Notes: a model not told the origin generated them from the letters alone. 64,000 nucleotides of DNA from Nitrososphaerales archaeon (GCA_023256355.1 JAGDXJ010000005.1:1222-65221); one strand, 5' to 3'. Counted from the stretch's first letter, positions 28,189 through 37,964 are shown. Translations and numbers: made by a program.

Positions 28189-29245
28189 GAAGCAGGAAGC
28201 TTTCAAAAGGTTAACAATGATTGGGAAAAGGGTTGTAGACGACATAAAGAACAACAGGTTTCCGGCCTTAGAAATACCAAGCCGTTCTGTTGATAATATA
28301 ATATATGATACTAAGCTCAGGCAGTATGTTCTTGGCGATGAAAAAATTGTAAGAAACACAAAAAACATAAAGCATCTGAGAGCTTTCACGCAGCTTTTAT
28401 GGATAGCTTATTTCAGTAAAGAACTCCTTAAGAACAATAAAACATCAACTCTAAGAGATATTTACTATTCTGCACAGGCTTATCGCGTAGACTTTGAGGA
28501 CCAAGATGAATCTGATGAAATGATAACAGAACTCGAAAGCATAGTTAAAATGCCACGCGAGGATTTTAACATATACCCAGAAGAAAGGAGCGCTATCTTT
28601 GGAGATCTTACCATAGAATACACTGTTCCGGGTTACGAAGGAAAAACGCTGGTTTTAACAACTCATCCAGATGGTGTTATGATAGGGCCAGCTCTGACCA
28701 CAGCCAATTTTATAAAAACATCCGCCGACAAAGTCATAGTTATAGAAAAAGGAGCTCTTTTTACGAGATTTATAGAGGAAAAGGTTTACGATAAATACAG
28801 GTCCATTCTTATAGCAACTGCGGGCCAGGCTCCAAGAAGTACCAGATACTTGATAAGAAGGTTAAACAGGGAGCTTGGATTGCCCGTTTATATATTTACT
28901 GATGCTGATCCGTGGGGGATGCACATTGCGATGGTAATTATATCTGGTTCTGCAAACGCGGCTCATGTAACAGATCTGGTAACTCCGGACGCAAAGTGGG
29001 CTGGGGTTTGGGCTTCTGATATAACATCTTATAAACTGCCGAGTGACCCCCTTACCGAAATAGACGTCAAGAGGCTTTATGAGCTGAGAGACGATCCAAG
29101 GTATAACGAAGAAATATGGAAGAGGGAAATCGATGAATTTTTACGTATAAAGAAAAAATCAGAACAGGAAGCTTTTGCCAGGTACGGATTAACTTATATA
29201 GTAGACAGATATTTACCTACTAAGTTAAAGGAGATGGAAAAATGA
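28175..29245 (+). CDS. top6A: DNA topoisomerase VI subunit A (Spo11 homologue)
   Basis: The CAP/5Y region 'LRDIYYSAQ' carries the catalytic-Tyr context. The Toprim part has 'VIVIEKGALF' and 'YIFTDADPWGMHI'. The TTG at 28175 overlaps top6B by 14 nt; an ATG at 28217 is an alternative start. Confidence 0.9.
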   Translation: MTLNRKQEAFKRLTMIGKRVVDDIKNNRFPALEIPSRSVDNIIYDTKLRQYVLGDEKIVRNTKNIKHLRAFTQLLWIAYFSKELLKNNKTSTLRDIYYSAQAYRVDFEDQDESDEMITELESIVKMPREDFNIYPEERSAIFGDLTIEYTVPGYEGKTLVLTTHPDGVMIGPALTTANFIKTSADKVIVIEKGALFTRFIEEKVYDKYRSILIATAGQAPRSTRYLIRRLNRELGLPVYIFTDADPWGMHIAMVIISGSANAAHVTDLVTPDAKWAGVWASDITSYKLPSDPLTEIDVKRLYELRDDPRYNEEIWKREIDEFLRIKKKSEQEAFARYGLTYIVDRYLPTKLKEMEK

Positions 29246-29487
29246 AGCTTGAAGAAATAATCGCAAAAGTGTTGACTGTGCCCATTATACTCATAGGGAT
29301 TTATGTCTTCTTGTTATCGTACCATCAGGCCAACATAATTATCAGGTGGATATACTATATAATGACCGGAATACTTTGGGTTTTTTCAGCTATAGTCCTG
29401 GTTTCTAAGATAGAAGGATCTAAAAAAGAAACAGAACCCCAGAAATCTAAAACTGGACAAAAGGAAATTAAGGGCAAAAATAAATAA
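29242..29487 (+). CDS. Small membrane protein (2 TM helices, basic tail)
   Basis: 81 aa. ATGA overlap with the top6A stop and an AAGGAG Shine-Dalgarno just upstream. Two hydrophobic helices are followed by a lysine-rich tail. Confidence 0.5.
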   Translation: MKLEEIIAKVLTVPIILIGIYVFLLSYHQANIIIRWIYYIMTGILWVFSAIVLVSKIEGSKKETEPQKSKTGQKEIKGKNK

Positions 29488-29494
29488 AACATAA

Positions 29495-30049
29495 TTGAAC
29501 AAAAAAGGTATAATAGTAATAGAGGGTTGCCCCGCAACGGGCAAAAGCGTCGTGGGCAAGATCCTTTCAGAAATGCTTTTTCTGGAACACATAGATTATG
29601 CTGATTACCTTTTAAAAAAGAAAGCCGCGAAGATTTTAGATAACGAGATAGTTATCGAAGAATCCAAGGCAAAAAGGATTTTAAAAGAAACAGATGAAGC
29701 AGTAATCTCTGGGGTTTACGCCCTTGACTACCTTGATATAAGAAAAGTAAAAAGCGTTTATGTGCTTAGGTGCAACCCGAAGATCTTGTTTTACAGGTAT
29801 TTACAAAGGGACTATGATCTTGACAAAATAAAAAGCAATATAACCTCTGAATATCTTGATCTCTGTTTAAAGATGGCTTTAGAAAAGGCTGGGCATGAAA
29901 AAGTAAACCAGCTTGATGTCTCAAACGACGAGCCGCGGTATACTGCCCTAAGAATATACATTTCTTTAAAAAATGGCTACAGGATATTTGATAACGTTGA
30001 TTGGCTTTCTCAGGTATCACGACCGTTTGATATGATTTTAATGAAATGA
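29495..30049 (+). CDS. Fap7/AK6-like adenylate kinase family NTPase
   Basis: Walker A 'GCPATGKS'. 'VYVLRCNPKILFYRYLQRDYDLDKIKSNITSEYLD' matches the Fap7-type layout. TTG start; 184 aa. Confidence 0.55.
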   Translation: MNKKGIIVIEGCPATGKSVVGKILSEMLFLEHIDYADYLLKKKAAKILDNEIVIEESKAKRILKETDEAVISGVYALDYLDIRKVKSVYVLRCNPKILFYRYLQRDYDLDKIKSNITSEYLDLCLKMALEKAGHEKVNQLDVSNDEPRYTALRIYISLKNGYRIFDNVDWLSQVSRPFDMILMK

Positions 30050-31399
30050 TTTTTCAACCTTTTTCTTAGCTTCTCTAACTAATTGTACTCCTGAAGTAGC
30101 CATTTCTTCTGCCTTTTTTAAAACCCTATCGTGAGCAAAAACCCTGATTACGGGTTCAGTCCCAGAAGCTCTTATCAGCAACCATTTATGCCTTTTGTAA
30201 TAGACCTTTATACCATCTTTATGTATCTTTTTGCCCTCTACAGCCCTGTCAACTTCATCTATAACAATGTATTTTATTTGGTCTGAGCACCTTACTTCTC
30301 TTTTAACCACATAAAATCTTGGAACGTTCTTTAAATTTTCAATAAAATTTTCATCCTCCAAAGCTTTTAGCGTTGAATATACAGAATCCCCGTAAAGCAG
30401 TATTTCAGGCCATATGTATTTTCCCGATTCTTCAAACGCGAAAACAACTTCGCTTTTGTTCTTTCTTACAGCGTCAACCATAGCCGGAGGACCCACTTTT
30501 GTCCATATTAATTTAGCACCATACCTGCGAGCTATTTCTACGATCGAATCTGAAGAGTTTATAGGAGTAACTATTTTACCCTTCTTTGATTCGAGCTGTC
30601 TTGCAGCAAAGTATGCTCCTGTAATGTCCCCAATGATTATTTTTCCGTCGCCGTCTAAAAAAATTGCCCTGTCACCGTCGGCGTCAGTGGCAACACCAAA
30701 ATCATAATTGCTTTTTTTGATTTCCTTTACGGTTCCTTTTAGGTGCTGTAGGGTGGGGCTTGGTAACCTGTTAGGAAAGCTCCCGAGCGGTAAAGTATTT
30801 ATTATTTTGAAATCCAATCCCAATTCTGCAAAAGTTTCTTTTGCATAAGTTCCCGCTACCCCGTTTGTGGCATCAAACATAAATCTGTAATTTTTTACTT
30901 TTTTTACATCCCTCAGTACGCTTTTTACGTAAATATCCTTCACATCATCAACGGTCTCACTTCTGCCAAGTTTTTTCCAGTTTTTTGGAGAATCTAGAGT
31001 TTTTTCAAACATCTTTTCGACTTTTTCAGAATCATCTAAACCAAGCTCGCCTGTGTCGTTCAGAAAATATAACACTCCAGCTATGTACGGCGGAGTATGG
31101 CTTCCGGTGACAGATACAGCGCCTTCAGCCTTTAATTCTTTTATCATTCTGGCTATTACAGGGGTAGGCGCCAGGCCTATATCAAGAACGTTAACTCCTT
31201 GAGAAAGCAACGCATCTATGACTGCAAACTTTAAAGTTCTAGACTGCTGTCTGTCATCCTGACCTACAAGAACAGTGCTGTAACCTGTATATTTCTGGTA
31301 AGCTATGGTAAGCCTGTATACAACGTTGGGCTTTAGGTTTTTATCTATAAACCCTCTGGCTCCAGAAGTGCCGAATATCATGCGGTATAACTTAAGCAA
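30038..31399 (-). CDS. Phosphoglucomutase/phosphomannomutase family (phosphohexomutase; possibly GlmM-like)
   Basis: 'FGTSGARG', the active-site loop 'VTGSHTPP', the metal loop 'TDADGDR' and 'RASGTEP'; 453 aa. Confidence 0.8.
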   Translation of the reverse strand: MLKLYRMIFGTSGARGFIDKNLKPNVVYRLTIAYQKYTGYSTVLVGQDDRQQSRTLKFAVIDALLSQGVNVLDIGLAPTPVIARMIKELKAEGAVSVTGSHTPPYIAGVLYFLNDTGELGLDDSEKVEKMFEKTLDSPKNWKKLGRSETVDDVKDIYVKSVLRDVKKVKNYRFMFDATNGVAGTYAKETFAELGLDFKIINTLPLGSFPNRLPSPTLQHLKGTVKEIKKSNYDFGVATDADGDRAIFLDGDGKIIIGDITGAYFAARQLESKKGKIVTPINSSDSIVEIARRYGAKLIWTKVGPPAMVDAVRKNKSEVVFAFEESGKYIWPEILLYGDSVYSTLKALEDENFIENLKNVPRFYVVKREVRCSDQIKYIVIDEVDRAVEGKKIHKDGIKVYYKRHKWLLIRASGTEPVIRVFAHDRVLKKAEEMATSGVQLVREAKKKVEKSFH

Positions 31400-31407
31400 A
31401 AAGGCTT

Positions 31408-31770
31408 TTATCTTTTATGAGTGGCACAGCTTACTATCTTATCGTTCGAAAGCGTATAGCATGGTAACCCAAGATCGCTTAATCTCCTTGCGAGTTCAAG
31501 GTCTAATGTAAAGACAGGGTACCTAGTTTTTAAAGCGAGTTTTAAAATATCGTCGTCAGCATTTTTGTTATATTCTTCATAACTTTCGATTGTCAGCAAC
31601 CTGTAGTTTTTGATTATCTTCCTTTTTCTGGAAAGTTTTTCGAGTTCAACTATGACTGATTTCGGTACAGTTATTTCAGGCATTCCTATTTCATCTACTA
31701 TACGATCTAGTACATTACTGGGTTTTTCTAAAAGGTATATTATGAAGCTCGAATCAAATATAACCTTCAT
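31408..31770 (-). CDS. PIN-domain protein
   Basis: 'MKVIFDSSFIIYL' supplies the first PIN acidic residue. The ATG at 31770 abuts the aIF2-gamma stop. From memory, aIF2-gamma followed by a PIN gene is a common archaeal gene order (unverified). Confidence 0.6.
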   Translation of the reverse strand: MKVIFDSSFIIYLLEKPSNVLDRIVDEIGMPEITVPKSVIVELEKLSRKRKIIKNYRLLTIESYEEYNKNADDDILKLALKTRYPVFTLDLELARRLSDLGLPCYTLSNDKIVSCATHKR

Positions 31771-33437
31771 ATTATAATTCCGGAACCTGCAAGGCGCCAC
31801 CTGTCAGCCACTATTCTGCTTAACGCTACCCTGTCACCGCGTAGCGTGACAGCTGGTCTCTTCAGTTTTATCCTCATAATATCCTTTGTCACTTCTTCAA
31901 CAACGCCCAAGTTTGTCATTGTGCCTATGTTTAGCCTCACATTTTCTCCAGGCCTCAGCTTTTCATACCTTACCATTTCCTTCAAGCCTATCACGTATTC
32001 AAATAATTCATATTTTATTACGATTTCATTAACAGGGTCAGGCAAAAATCCTACCTTTGCTACGTAGTTTCCAACCATTATATCGTTTTTGGTAAATATC
32101 GGATCAAGCTTGGTGCCTATGGCTATAAGTCCACCGGGCAGGACCTCATCTACAGGTCCGCTTGAAGTAGACAGGCTAACTACTTCAGTAACTATTGGTT
32201 GATATGAACCTCTTACAGGTATCCCAGGTTTTATTTCTATCTTGTCGCCGATCCTTATTTTTCCCTGTTTAAGTGACCCACCAAGAACCCCTCCTTTGAG
32301 TTCAGAAATTTTAGCACCGGGTTTGTTTATGTCAAAAGATCTCAAAACCTGCATGAGCGCCGGTGCGTTAGGATTTCTGGGTGGAGTTGGTATGTATTCT
32401 TCTATAGCCTGTAAAAGTGCGTCAACGTTCAGCTTTTTCTGCGCTGAAACTGGAATTATTGGTACCTGATTATAGCCAAAAGAACTAAGAAATTCAACGA
32501 TCTTGTTATAGTTGTTCAGCGCCTGCTCATAAGTTACAAGGTCAACCTTGTTCTGAACAACGACAATGTTCTTGATTCCTATCATTTTAAGCGCCTGAAG
32601 GTGTTCTCTGGTCTGTGGCTGCGGCACGGGTTCATTTGCTGCTATTACGAGAAGAGAGCCGTCCATGAGTGCCGCTCCGCTGAGCATGACGGACATCAAG
32701 CTTTCATGCCCCGGTGAATCTATAAAACTTATAACCCGTTTAAGCCTGGGTTCTCCTTTTGGGCAGTTGCCATCCGTGTTAAATTTTTCTGGTTCAGGAA
32801 GCTCGGGGCACTCGTAAATAGCAGCATCAGCATATCCTATTTTGATCGTAATCCCCCTTTTGAGTTCCTCACTGTGCATGCTCGTCCATCTGCCTGTAAT
32901 GGCTTCAACCAGCGTCGTATTATGGGAGATTATACCGTGTGAAGAAATAAAGTTATGGAAAAACGGCACGCTTAAATCGAAAAGATAGCCTTCATAATTT
33001 TTGGGTATGTTTTTTGTGATTTTATCCTGTACAAGCTTGTTTCCTTCATAAACTAATATCGATTCGCCGGGTTTAATCGACTGAGCCTTTTTCCAACCAC
33101 GATCCTTTACAAGCAATTTATGTACAGGTGTAACGGATATGGATCTGCCGGTTTCGGTTTCTATCGATATTATCTTTCCTCTGTACTTCTGAATATAAGC
33201 AAAACCACGGCTTTTTCTCAAATCTTTTCCGGAAAGAGAAACAGAAGACAAAGGAAGCTCAAAAAGCTTTTCATCATAAGCTTTTTTGAAATCATATCCT
33301 ATGATTTCTTTAAATATTTCACGTCCTGTGTAAAAAGTGCCTCCAACATACGCGCTTTCGTCTAAAGTAAGACACTTACCATGATCCACGTGACCTGCTG
33401 TACCTATGTTAACTTCTGGCTGTTTTGGAATTTTCAA
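31767..33437 (-). CDS. eif2g: Translation initiation factor aIF2 gamma subunit, intein-containing precursor
   Basis: G1 'GHVDHGK' is interrupted and resumes as 'TTLVEAITG'. G3 is 'DSPGHE' and G4 is 'QNKVD'. The precursor is 556 aa, leaving 404 aa after removal of the insert. Confidence 0.92.
   Translation of the reverse strand: MKIPKQPEVNIGTAGHVDHGKCLTLDESAYVGGTFYTGREIFKEIIGYDFKKAYDEKLFELPLSSVSLSGKDLRKSRGFAYIQKYRGKIISIETETGRSISVTPVHKLLVKDRGWKKAQSIKPGESILVYEGNKLVQDKITKNIPKNYEGYLFDLSVPFFHNFISSHGIISHNTTLVEAITGRWTSMHSEELKRGITIKIGYADAAIYECPELPEPEKFNTDGNCPKGEPRLKRVISFIDSPGHESLMSVMLSGAALMDGSLLVIAANEPVPQPQTREHLQALKMIGIKNIVVVQNKVDLVTYEQALNNYNKIVEFLSSFGYNQVPIIPVSAQKKLNVDALLQAIEEYIPTPPRNPNAPALMQVLRSFDINKPGAKISELKGGVLGGSLKQGKIRIGDKIEIKPGIPVRGSYQPIVTEVVSLSTSSGPVDEVLPGGLIAIGTKLDPIFTKNDIMVGNYVAKVGFLPDPVNEIVIKYELFEYVIGLKEMVRYEKLRPGENVRLNIGTMTNLGVVEEVTKDIMRIKLKRPAVTLRGDRVALSRIVADRWRLAGSGIII
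32919..33374 (-). mobile_element. Mini-intein (152 aa, no homing-endonuclease domain) in the aIF2-gamma P-loop
   Basis: The host reads GHVDHGK|C...HN|TTL, and excision restores GHVDHGKTTL. Block A is 'CLTLDES'. Block B is 'SVTPVHKLLV' (TxxH). Block F is 'LFDLSVPFFHNFIS'. Block G is 'GIISHN' followed by the +1 Thr. The Cys1 codon is at 33372-33374 and the terminal Asn codon at 32919-32921. Confidence 0.85.
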
Positions 33438-33525
33438 TCTTCAATCATTTAAGCTGCTAATGGCTATAAACTTATCTCTCTTAATTGAGAGTATTGCTTA
33501 AAAACATATCATCAAGAGATAATCC

Positions 33526-34659
33526 GTGGAAAAATACTCGGTTGCAAGCATTTCAATAATATTTAGCAGGGCCGTTTACAGCATGTACTGGGTTTATCTC
33601 TCTCCAGCTTACATCTACTACATGCAGGAGTTTTCAATACCCAAATCTTTTCTGGGATACATATCATGGTCATTCATAGTTGGAGCTGCCGTAACTCAAA
33701 TGCCAGCGGCCTATTTAGCTTCTTACAGGGGGCCCGTAAAGGTTTACCTGTTAGGCCTTTTTTTGCTTTCGTTTTCCGGCATATTTTCAGCTTTCAGCTT
33801 TAACTTCCAGATGCTTCTCATAACAAGAATTATAGCAGGGGCGGGAGCAGGGCTTTTCTTTTCCACTGCTGGGTATGTTCTCTCTTATATAAATCAGAAA
33901 AGGTTGGGTTTTTGGATGGGCGTTTATAATGCCGCTTTTGCCGTTGGAGCTATAACGGCTTATGCTTATGGTATGTTATACACTTATACAAACTGGAAAT
34001 TTCTCGTATCGCTGATATCATTTTTTGGAGTTATGGTTACTCTAACAGATTACTTGCTGTTAAGAAGGATGGGTATTAAAATTGAAATCGACAGGAACAG
34101 GCCAAAAATCACCAAAAACATAAAGCCGATCATCGTCGCTGTGGCTATTTCAGGTTTCTGGGGGACTTACTATGCGGCGGAAACGTTGCTTCCTTCTTAC
34201 TTTGCGATCGTAAACGGTTCAGTAAAATTTGGCAACGAAGTTACCATAATTTTACTGGCTTTCAGCTTTATCGGAGGTTTCTTCAATTATTTTTACGATG
34301 TTTCGCCCTCTAAAAGGCTTTTCCTTTTTATAACGGTTTTTCTTGGCGGTATCGGGTTCCTTATGTTTAGCTCAAAAGAACTTTTCTACCTTGGTCTGTT
34401 TTTAATAGGTTTTTTTGACGAGATGGCTTTTTCGGCTTTATACGCCATTTCACTACAGCTTTCAGAAGAAAAGTACTCAGCAATGGCTTTATCGGTAGTA
34501 AATTTCATAAACATGGTCCTTGGTATGTGGATTTCTATCGTATTTTCATACTCAATGGTTTACCTGGCCAAATATCTGTGGCTGCTGATGTTTCTCATAA
34601 CAGTAATTCCTTCTTTTCCGCTTTTGCACAAATATTTTGAACCAAACAAGTCAAAGTAA
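33526..34659 (+). CDS. MFS-type transporter
   Basis: 377 aa with about 10-12 hydrophobic helices and a central basic loop ('LLLRRMGIKIEIDRNRPK'). GTG start. Confidence 0.7.
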   Translation: MEKYSVASISIIFSRAVYSMYWVYLSPAYIYYMQEFSIPKSFLGYISWSFIVGAAVTQMPAAYLASYRGPVKVYLLGLFLLSFSGIFSAFSFNFQMLLITRIIAGAGAGLFFSTAGYVLSYINQKRLGFWMGVYNAAFAVGAITAYAYGMLYTYTNWKFLVSLISFFGVMVTLTDYLLLRRMGIKIEIDRNRPKITKNIKPIIVAVAISGFWGTYYAAETLLPSYFAIVNGSVKFGNEVTIILLAFSFIGGFFNYFYDVSPSKRLFLFITVFLGGIGFLMFSSKELFYLGLFLIGFFDEMAFSALYAISLQLSEEKYSAMALSVVNFINMVLGMWISIVFSYSMVYLAKYLWLLMFLITVIPSFPLLHKYFEPNKSK

Positions 34660-34732
34660 TTGTTAAGCTTTATAAGCTCGTATAAATTCTATTTGTTAAT
34701 TAAAATATATAAAATCGGGGTCGCAAAGGATA

Positions 34733-35596
34733 ATGATGAGCTATCGGGAACTTTTTATTTCGCCGTCTCCAAAAATTTCAACTGGCGACGAAAGTTCAAA
34801 GGTTTACATAATGGGCGTGCCTTTTGATTTTACTACGTCTTACAGACCAGGATCCAGGTTTGGGCCGCTTGCTGTTAGGCAGGCCTACTGGAACATAGAG
34901 ATAGTGGACCGCAAGCTAAACGTAAACGCTGAAAAAATCCAGATCTTTGATATGGGTGACCTATCATATTTTGCCAGCAGCGATGAGATGATAAACAGCT
35001 TATCGAAAGTTTCAGGAGAAGTATTTTCAGAAAACAAGGTTCTTGGCACAATAGGTGGTGAGCACCTGATTACCTATCCGATTTTAAAAGGTCTAAAAAA
35101 CATATCTCTGGTTGTTTTTGATGCCCACCTTGACTTAAGGGACACCCTTTACGGGCTTAAAGTATCGCACGCAACTTTTTTGAGGAGGCTTCTTGAAGAT
35201 AACAAAAGCTTAAAAGTTTATCATCTAGGGTCTCACACCTTCGTTGACGAGGAATTAGATTTCGCGAGATCCCACGATGTTGATTTATATACCTATTATG
35301 ATATAATGGAAAGAAAGATAGAATCTCTTAAAAACATAATAAGAGATGATGAAGAAATTTACGTGTCGGTGGACATGGACGTGCTGGATCCATCGTGTGC
35401 TCCTGGAGTGGCAAACCCTGAGCCGGAAGGGCTAAATTATGAAAGGCTTTTCAACCTTTTGAGGTCGTTAAAAGGAAAGAAGATTGTGGGTTTTGATGTA
35501 ATGGAGACTAATCCGTTGCTAGATCCTTCTGGCATAACTTCTATAGCCGCAGCCAAGGTTCTTTCTCTACTGGTCATAGATTCTTCAGGGGTCTAA
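34733..35596 (+). CDS. speB: Agmatinase (ureohydrolase family)
   Basis: Mn-binding motifs 'GGEHLITYP', 'VFDAHLDLRD' and 'SVDMDVLDPSCAPG'. Confidence 0.85.
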   Translation: MMSYRELFISPSPKISTGDESSKVYIMGVPFDFTTSYRPGSRFGPLAVRQAYWNIEIVDRKLNVNAEKIQIFDMGDLSYFASSDEMINSLSKVSGEVFSENKVLGTIGGEHLITYPILKGLKNISLVVFDAHLDLRDTLYGLKVSHATFLRRLLEDNKSLKVYHLGSHTFVDEELDFARSHDVDLYTYYDIMERKIESLKNIIRDDEEIYVSVDMDVLDPSCAPGVANPEPEGLNYERLFNLLRSLKGKKIVGFDVMETNPLLDPSGITSIAAAKVLSLLVIDSSGV

Positions 35597-35597
35597 A

Positions 35598-36176
35598 TTG
35601 CCAGATTTTGTTAGGGATTATATAAACCCAGTAACTTTCAGAGTTGGGAAAGCTCTTGGAAGAATTGTAAAGAATCCAAACATAATAACTCTCGTAGGTT
35701 TTTTCATAGGGGCGCTTGCGGGCCCACTGCTTTATTTCAAGTTTGTTTACCTTTCAGTTCTGGCGCTGATAGTATCCGGAGTGTTTGACATGCTTGATGG
35801 CGCAGTAGCAAGAGCATTAAACAAAATTACAAAAAAAGGAGCTTTTTTAGATTCCAACCTAGACCGGCTTGTAGAGGCATCGCTTTATGCAGGCATAAGC
35901 GTTTATCAACCAGGCCTTGCGATCTATTCGTTCTTAGCTTTTGTATTTTCGATCATGGTTAGCTATTCAAGGGCAAGAGTGGAGGGTCTTTCTCATGGAA
36001 TAAGGCCTAAATCCATAGAACTGGGAGAAAGAGGAATAAGGCTTTTGATAATGATAATAGCGATGCTTTCAGGTTACATATTTTACGGGCTTTTAATCGT
36101 TATATTAATAGCGTTTGAGACTTTTATGGAAAGGCTAATACTTTATTACAGGTTTCTCGCATCTCAAAACGATTAA
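35598..36176 (+). CDS. CDP-alcohol phosphatidyltransferase (archaeal polar-lipid head-group synthase)
   Basis: An exact match to DxxDGxxAR-x8-G-x3-D-x3-D in 'FDMLDGAVARALNKITKKGAFLDSNLDRL'. Multi-TM protein; TTG start one nt after the speB stop. Confidence 0.8.
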   Translation: MPDFVRDYINPVTFRVGKALGRIVKNPNIITLVGFFIGALAGPLLYFKFVYLSVLALIVSGVFDMLDGAVARALNKITKKGAFLDSNLDRLVEASLYAGISVYQPGLAIYSFLAFVFSIMVSYSRARVEGLSHGIRPKSIELGERGIRLLIMIIAMLSGYIFYGLLIVILIAFETFMERLILYYRFLASQND

Positions 36177-36241
36177 AATCGTTGCATTTTTCGCGAAAGA
36201 TCCGAAATAATTAATAGCATCCAATTTCTTTTCTTTCTAGC

Positions 36242-36817
36242 TTGAAAATTTTAGCGTTACACGGTAAAGGCTCTGATCCAGCCAAAATAGCATGGTTAAT
36301 TTCTCCGTTGAAGATTTTTGGAGATGTTGACGCTCCCTACGTTGATATCGAGGCGAACGAGTTCCTCAAATCTTACCTAAAGACAGAATATGACATTGTG
36401 GCTGGACATTCAAGGGGAGGGACATACGCATTGCTTTATTCCGCTTTTAAAGGCAAACCTGTAATAGCTGTTTCATCTCCTTCTGACAGGTTAAAACAGT
36501 CAGAATATTTAAAGGGTTTTCAACCAGGTACGGTTCAAAAAAGGCTCTACGAAGATCTCCAGAAAATACAAAAAGAGTACTTGGCTGAAACATCGCCCAT
36601 TAATTATGCAGATAAAATCAAAAACGCGCTTTTAATTCATGGCAGCGAAGACGACATAGTTCCGGTACAGCAGAGCGAAGAGCTCTGCAAAAAAATAGTC
36701 GAATCAGGAGGTAAATGCAGGCTCTACGTTATAAAGATGAGACACACGCCTCCAGCATCCCGTTATAGCGAAATACATAAAATAATAGAAAGCTGGGTGA
36801 GGGATAATGTCAGCTGA
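36242..36817 (+). CDS. Alpha/beta-hydrolase fold protein
   Basis: Nucleophile elbow 'GHSRGG', with a later 'HGSEDDIVP' and 'MRHT' giving a Ser-Asp-His arrangement. It overlaps the next gene by 11 nt. Confidence 0.6.
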   Translation: MKILALHGKGSDPAKIAWLISPLKIFGDVDAPYVDIEANEFLKSYLKTEYDIVAGHSRGGTYALLYSAFKGKPVIAVSSPSDRLKQSEYLKGFQPGTVQKRLYEDLQKIQKEYLAETSPINYADKIKNALLIHGSEDDIVPVQQSEELCKKIVESGGKCRLYVIKMRHTPPASRYSEIHKIIESWVRDNVS

Positions 36818-37964
36818 GAAGTACATAGACGAAGCTTTAAAAGGAGAACATGGAGAAGCGGCTATGATAGCTGCCAAGGTGCTGGTTGCTATAGAAAAGG
36901 CTTCAAGGTCAAAAGGATTCATAAAAATATCATCCGCTCATATATCAGGAATCAACTATCATAACATAGGCGACGCAGGCCTTGAACTTCTGAAGGACAT
37001 TTCTAACATTGCCAGGTTTAGCGTTCCAACTTCAATAAATCCGTGCGGAGCCCCTGTTCTTGAGACTGATAAAACTTTCAGCAAAGATCTGGTTGAAAAG
37101 CAGAAGGCTATCTACGATGCTTTCATTAAGATGGGCGCAAAAAGTTCATGCACATGTGTGCCCTATGAAGGATTAAACGTGCCTAAAAGAGGAGAACACG
37201 TTAGCTGGGCAGAAAGCTCAGCCGTGGTCTACGGCAACTCGGTTTTGGGCATATACACCAACAAAGAAGGGGGGCTAAGCGCGCTCGCTTCAGCCATACT
37301 GGGCTTTACTCCCTACTACGGAATGCACATGGATGAAAACAGGAAGCCTAAAAAGATAATACAGCTGCATTTTCAGATAAACGGTGAGGTAAAATACGGA
37401 GCGCTGGGTTACTTTATAGGTAAATTTACAAAAGACATAGTGGGAGTAATTGGGATAGCTTCAGCGAAAAAGGGAGAGCTTAAAGCGCTTTCAGCTTCGA
37501 TAGGTACTTACGGTCCCCAGCCTATGTTTGTTATTGAGCCACATGCTGAAGAAGCAGAAATAGTACCTTTAGAAAAAAACCAGCTGGATGAAGCGGTTTC
37601 CAAGATAAGTGATGAAGCTGAACCGCAAGCCATAGTACTTGGCTGCCCTTTCTTATCTGCTGAGGAAGTGAAAAAGCTTGCTGACCTTGTCAGAGGAAAA
37701 AGCTTTGACATACCAACGTACTTGTTCATTGACAGGACGAGCTTTGGCGAGCTGTCCCAGGACGAAAAAGAAGCTTTGCTTGCTTCAGGTGTAAAACTGT
37801 ATTTTGATGTATGCCCTACTTTGTCGTATTTGCCGGAAACTTTTGGTTATACAAACGTCTTAAGCAACAGCGCAAAACACTATTTCTATACAAAGCATCA
37901 GTCAAAAATAAAAGTAAAGCTGATGGATGTTGAAGAAATTGTTGACAAGCATGTAAAAAAATGA
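36807..37964 (+). CDS. Aconitase X catalytic domain protein (DUF521) = phosphomevalonate dehydratase large subunit candidate
   Basis: 'SSAHISGINYHNIGDAGLELL' and 'SINPCG' are typical of AcnX large subunits, with several conserved-looking Cys. The partner small subunit and a UbiD-like gene are also in the window. Confidence 0.75.
   Translation: MSAEKYIDEALKGEHGEAAMIAAKVLVAIEKASRSKGFIKISSAHISGINYHNIGDAGLELLKDISNIARFSVPTSINPCGAPVLETDKTFSKDLVEKQKAIYDAFIKMGAKSSCTCVPYEGLNVPKRGEHVSWAESSAVVYGNSVLGIYTNKEGGLSALASAILGFTPYYGMHMDENRKPKKIIQLHFQINGEVKYGALGYFIGKFTKDIVGVIGIASAKKGELKALSASIGTYGPQPMFVIEPHAEEAEIVPLEKNQLDEAVSKISDEAEPQAIVLGCPFLSAEEVKKLADLVRGKSFDIPTYLFIDRTSFGELSQDEKEALLASGVKLYFDVCPTLSYLPETFGYTNVLSNSAKHYFYTKHQSKIKVKLMDVEEIVDKHVKK

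Noticed and set aside
31771-31800. 10-codon extension of the PIN-domain ORF into the aIF2-gamma coding region.
   Set aside because: The ATG at 31770 gives the canonical 'MKVIFDSS' PIN N-terminus directly after the aIF2-gamma stop.
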